From an uncultured Bacilli bacterium (lineage in GTDB: Bacteria > Bacillota_I > Bacilli_A > RF39 > UBA660), in assembly GCA_947629285.1 (NCBI GenBank), contig CANRDA010000001.1, positions 1 to 28,054 on the forward strand: DNA of 28,054 bases, written 5' to 3'. Within the stretch, counting starts at the first letter, position 1. Each line of letters opens with the position of its first letter. Below, piece by piece: positions 26,241-28,054 of this stretch. The position numbers and the translations under genes are program-made. The notes under the pieces were generated by a model. That model saw only the letters and a list, made by a program, of their open reading frames with translations, had not been told where the DNA came from and did no database searches.

Positions 26241-27510
26241 TTTTATTCTCCTTTACACTTTTAACCGTAGTGTTAATCTCACCATCATATAGTTTTATAA
26301 GTAGTGTATCTCCCGTGTTAACACTCTTAATTTCTTTTAAAACTTTATCATCTTTATAAGTTAGAGAGTATCCTCTTTTTAATACTCCAAGTGGATTAAT
26401 TAGTTCTAACTTTTCTATTAAACTATCTAGTTTAGTCATCTTTTCTTTATAAAGTAATGTTGGATTATTTAAAATAAAACTTTTTTTAACTATTTCAAGT
26501 TTATGAAGTGAATTATCATATTTTTTAAGTAAAGTTTTATTCAAATTATCTAGTAACATATCAAGTTTTTGTTTTTTATTTTCATACATTATAAGTGGAT
26601 TTTTTAATGCATATGAACCTTTAATAGAATCTAGTAATAATTTTTGATAGTTAACTTTTTTGTTTATTGCTTCATTTAATCTAATTTTTAAATTACTTAT
26701 AAGACTTATTAAATCACTCATATTAGGTACAGCCATCTCTGCTGCTCCTGTTGGAGTTGGTGCGCGCATATCTGCAACATAATCTGCTATTGTGAAGTCT
26801 ATTTCGTGTCCTACTGCACTAATAACAGGTATATTACACTCGAATATAGCACGAGCTACTATCTCTTCGTTAAATGGCCATAAATCTTCAATAGAGCCAC
26901 CACCTCTACCTACTATTAATACATCCAAATCGTAACTTTCTGCAAGTTTAATATTCTTTACTATATCTTCTTTAGCACTCTCTCCTTGCACTAATGATGG
27001 AAAAAGTATTACTTCACATATAGGAAATCTCCTTTTAATAGTAGACATTATATCTTTAATAGCAGCACCCGTTGGAGCTGTTACAACTCCTACCCTACTT
27101 GGTATTTTAGGTATTTGTTTTTTATATTTAGTATCAAACAATCCTTCTTTAGATAATTTTTTCTTTAACTCTTCAAATGCTATATAAAGGTTACCTATAC
27201 CATCTTCAAGCATTTCATCTACATATATTTGATATCCACCTGTTGCCTCATAAACACTAATTCTACCTGTTACAAGTACTTTAGAGCCATCTATTGGCTT
27301 AAATAGTAATTTTTTAGCACTACTAGAAAACATAATAGCGTTTATCTTACTAGTTTCATCTTTAAGTGAGAAATATATATGTCCTGTGGTGTGGTACTTT
27401 ATATTTGATATTTCACCTTTTAAAAAAACTACTCTAAGGTTATCATCACTATCGAACTTTGCCTTTAAATATCTAGTAATCGCACTAACACTTAAATACT
27501 TATTATCCAT
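26233..27510 (-). CDS. xseA: Exodeoxyribonuclease VII large subunit
   Basis: GEISN...GHIYFSLKD, VGVVTAPTGAAIKD, RGGGSIEDLWPFNEE, SAVGHEIDFTIADYVAD, LKRGYS. Confidence 0.97.
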   Translation of the reverse strand: MDNKYLSVSAITRYLKAKFDSDDNLRVVFLKGEISNIKYHTTGHIYFSLKDETSKINAIMFSSSAKKLLFKPIDGSKVLVTGRISVYEATGGYQIYVDEMLEDGIGNLYIAFEELKKKLSKEGLFDTKYKKQIPKIPSRVGVVTAPTGAAIKDIMSTIKRRFPICEVILFPSLVQGESAKEDIVKNIKLAESYDLDVLIVGRGGGSIEDLWPFNEEIVARAIFECNIPVISAVGHEIDFTIADYVADMRAPTPTGAAEMAVPNMSDLISLISNLKIRLNEAINKKVNYQKLLLDSIKGSYALKNPLIMYENKKQKLDMLLDNLNKTLLKKYDNSLHKLEIVKKSFILNNPTLLYKEKMTKLDSLIEKLELINPLGVLKRGYSLTYKDDKVLKEIKSVNTGDTLLIKLYDGEINTTVKSVKENKND

Positions 27511-27919
27511 TGTTATCTACCTTACTGTGGTATACTTTATCTAGCACACCATTAATCATATTTTTAACATCATCATCACTATATAACTTTGCAAGTTCAA
27601 TTGCTTCATTTATTGCAACTATATCAGGAGTATTAGTGTATATCAACTCATATATACCCATTCTAAGTATGGATTGGTCTGTATTACCTAATCTATCAAT
27701 AGTCCATTTGTTTAAGTATTTATTTGCTATCTCATCTAATTCTTCTTTTTTTGTTACAACACCATAAACCATATCTTTAACAAATTCGTTATCTATTGGA
27801 TTAACTTCTTTTATTATGTTATCTACATTATATTCTATCTTATTAGAAGTATATACATTTATTTGATAAAGTATTGTCATTATATTTTTTCTAAGTTCTG
27901 AACGAGTTAATTGTTCCAT
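27503..27919 (-). CDS. nusB: Transcription antitermination factor NusB
   Basis: RSELRKNIMTILYQ, WTIDRLGNTDQSILRMGIYEL, INEAIELAKLY, INGVLD. Confidence 0.95.
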   Translation of the reverse strand: MEQLTRSELRKNIMTILYQINVYTSNKIEYNVDNIIKEVNPIDNEFVKDMVYGVVTKKEELDEIANKYLNKWTIDRLGNTDQSILRMGIYELIYTNTPDIVAINEAIELAKLYSDDDVKNMINGVLDKVYHSKVDNNG

Positions 27920-28054
27920 AACATCACCACTAACTATTTTATCATAAATATTAAAAAAAATATATAAATTAATCTATATACAGTAAAAAAGAGTAAATTT
28001 TCTTCGCAATAAAAATTTGATATAATTACTACATAATAAAGGTGGTATGTAGTA

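Noticed and set aside
555-27767. Opposite-strand track ORFs at 555-896, 2070-2306, 2499-2699, 2778-3044, 3997-4218, 11374-11565, 19788-19988, 20137-20691, 22241-22438, 25942-26292 and 27510-27767
   Set aside because: They are shadows of well-supported genes on the other strand, with no RBS or motifs.
28027-28054. Inverted repeat TACTACATA...TATGTAGTA and an SD-like AAGGTGG at the window end
   Set aside because: The ATG is followed immediately by TAG and the context is truncated; it cannot be interpreted.

Overview
Low-GC Bacilli-type chromosome segment. The host is probably a spore-former (spoIIM, spoIVB) and may be RF39-like, which is inference only. The window appears to span the replication terminus: a canonical dif site sits at 18117-18144, and host genes switch from mostly + to all - across it. 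Left part: rarA, xerD, deoB, an AlkD-like gene and a metallophosphoesterase. Next is a type II-A CRISPR-Cas locus (tracrRNA, cas9, cas1, cas2, csn2, 10 repeats/9 spacers) whose cas9 carries a single-base frameshift in an A7 tract just upstream of the RuvC-I codons. About 1.2 kb past the array is a 5.84-kb filamentous (inovirus-like) prophage integrated at dif without an integrase of its own. It encodes an XRE repressor, a probable SSB, coat proteins, pIII/pVI-like proteins, a Zot/pI ATPase and a pMV158-family Rep with its nick-site hairpin. The prophage carries two unexpected host-mimic elements: a perfect parS palindrome (12626-12641) and a solitary copy of the host's own CRISPR repeat (13038-13073; 28 of the first 32 nt identical) that can pair with the host tracrRNA. 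The latter is a candidate RNA anti-CRISPR or tracrRNA decoy against Cas9. Right part: an HTH protein, spoIIM, mscL, a UvrD-family helicase, a radical SAM protein, spoIVB, a 1.2-kb MqsA/Panacea antitoxin islet between exact 22-bp direct repeats with a broken toxin, then xseB, xseA and nusB. All calls come from reading the sequence by eye; no database searches were run.
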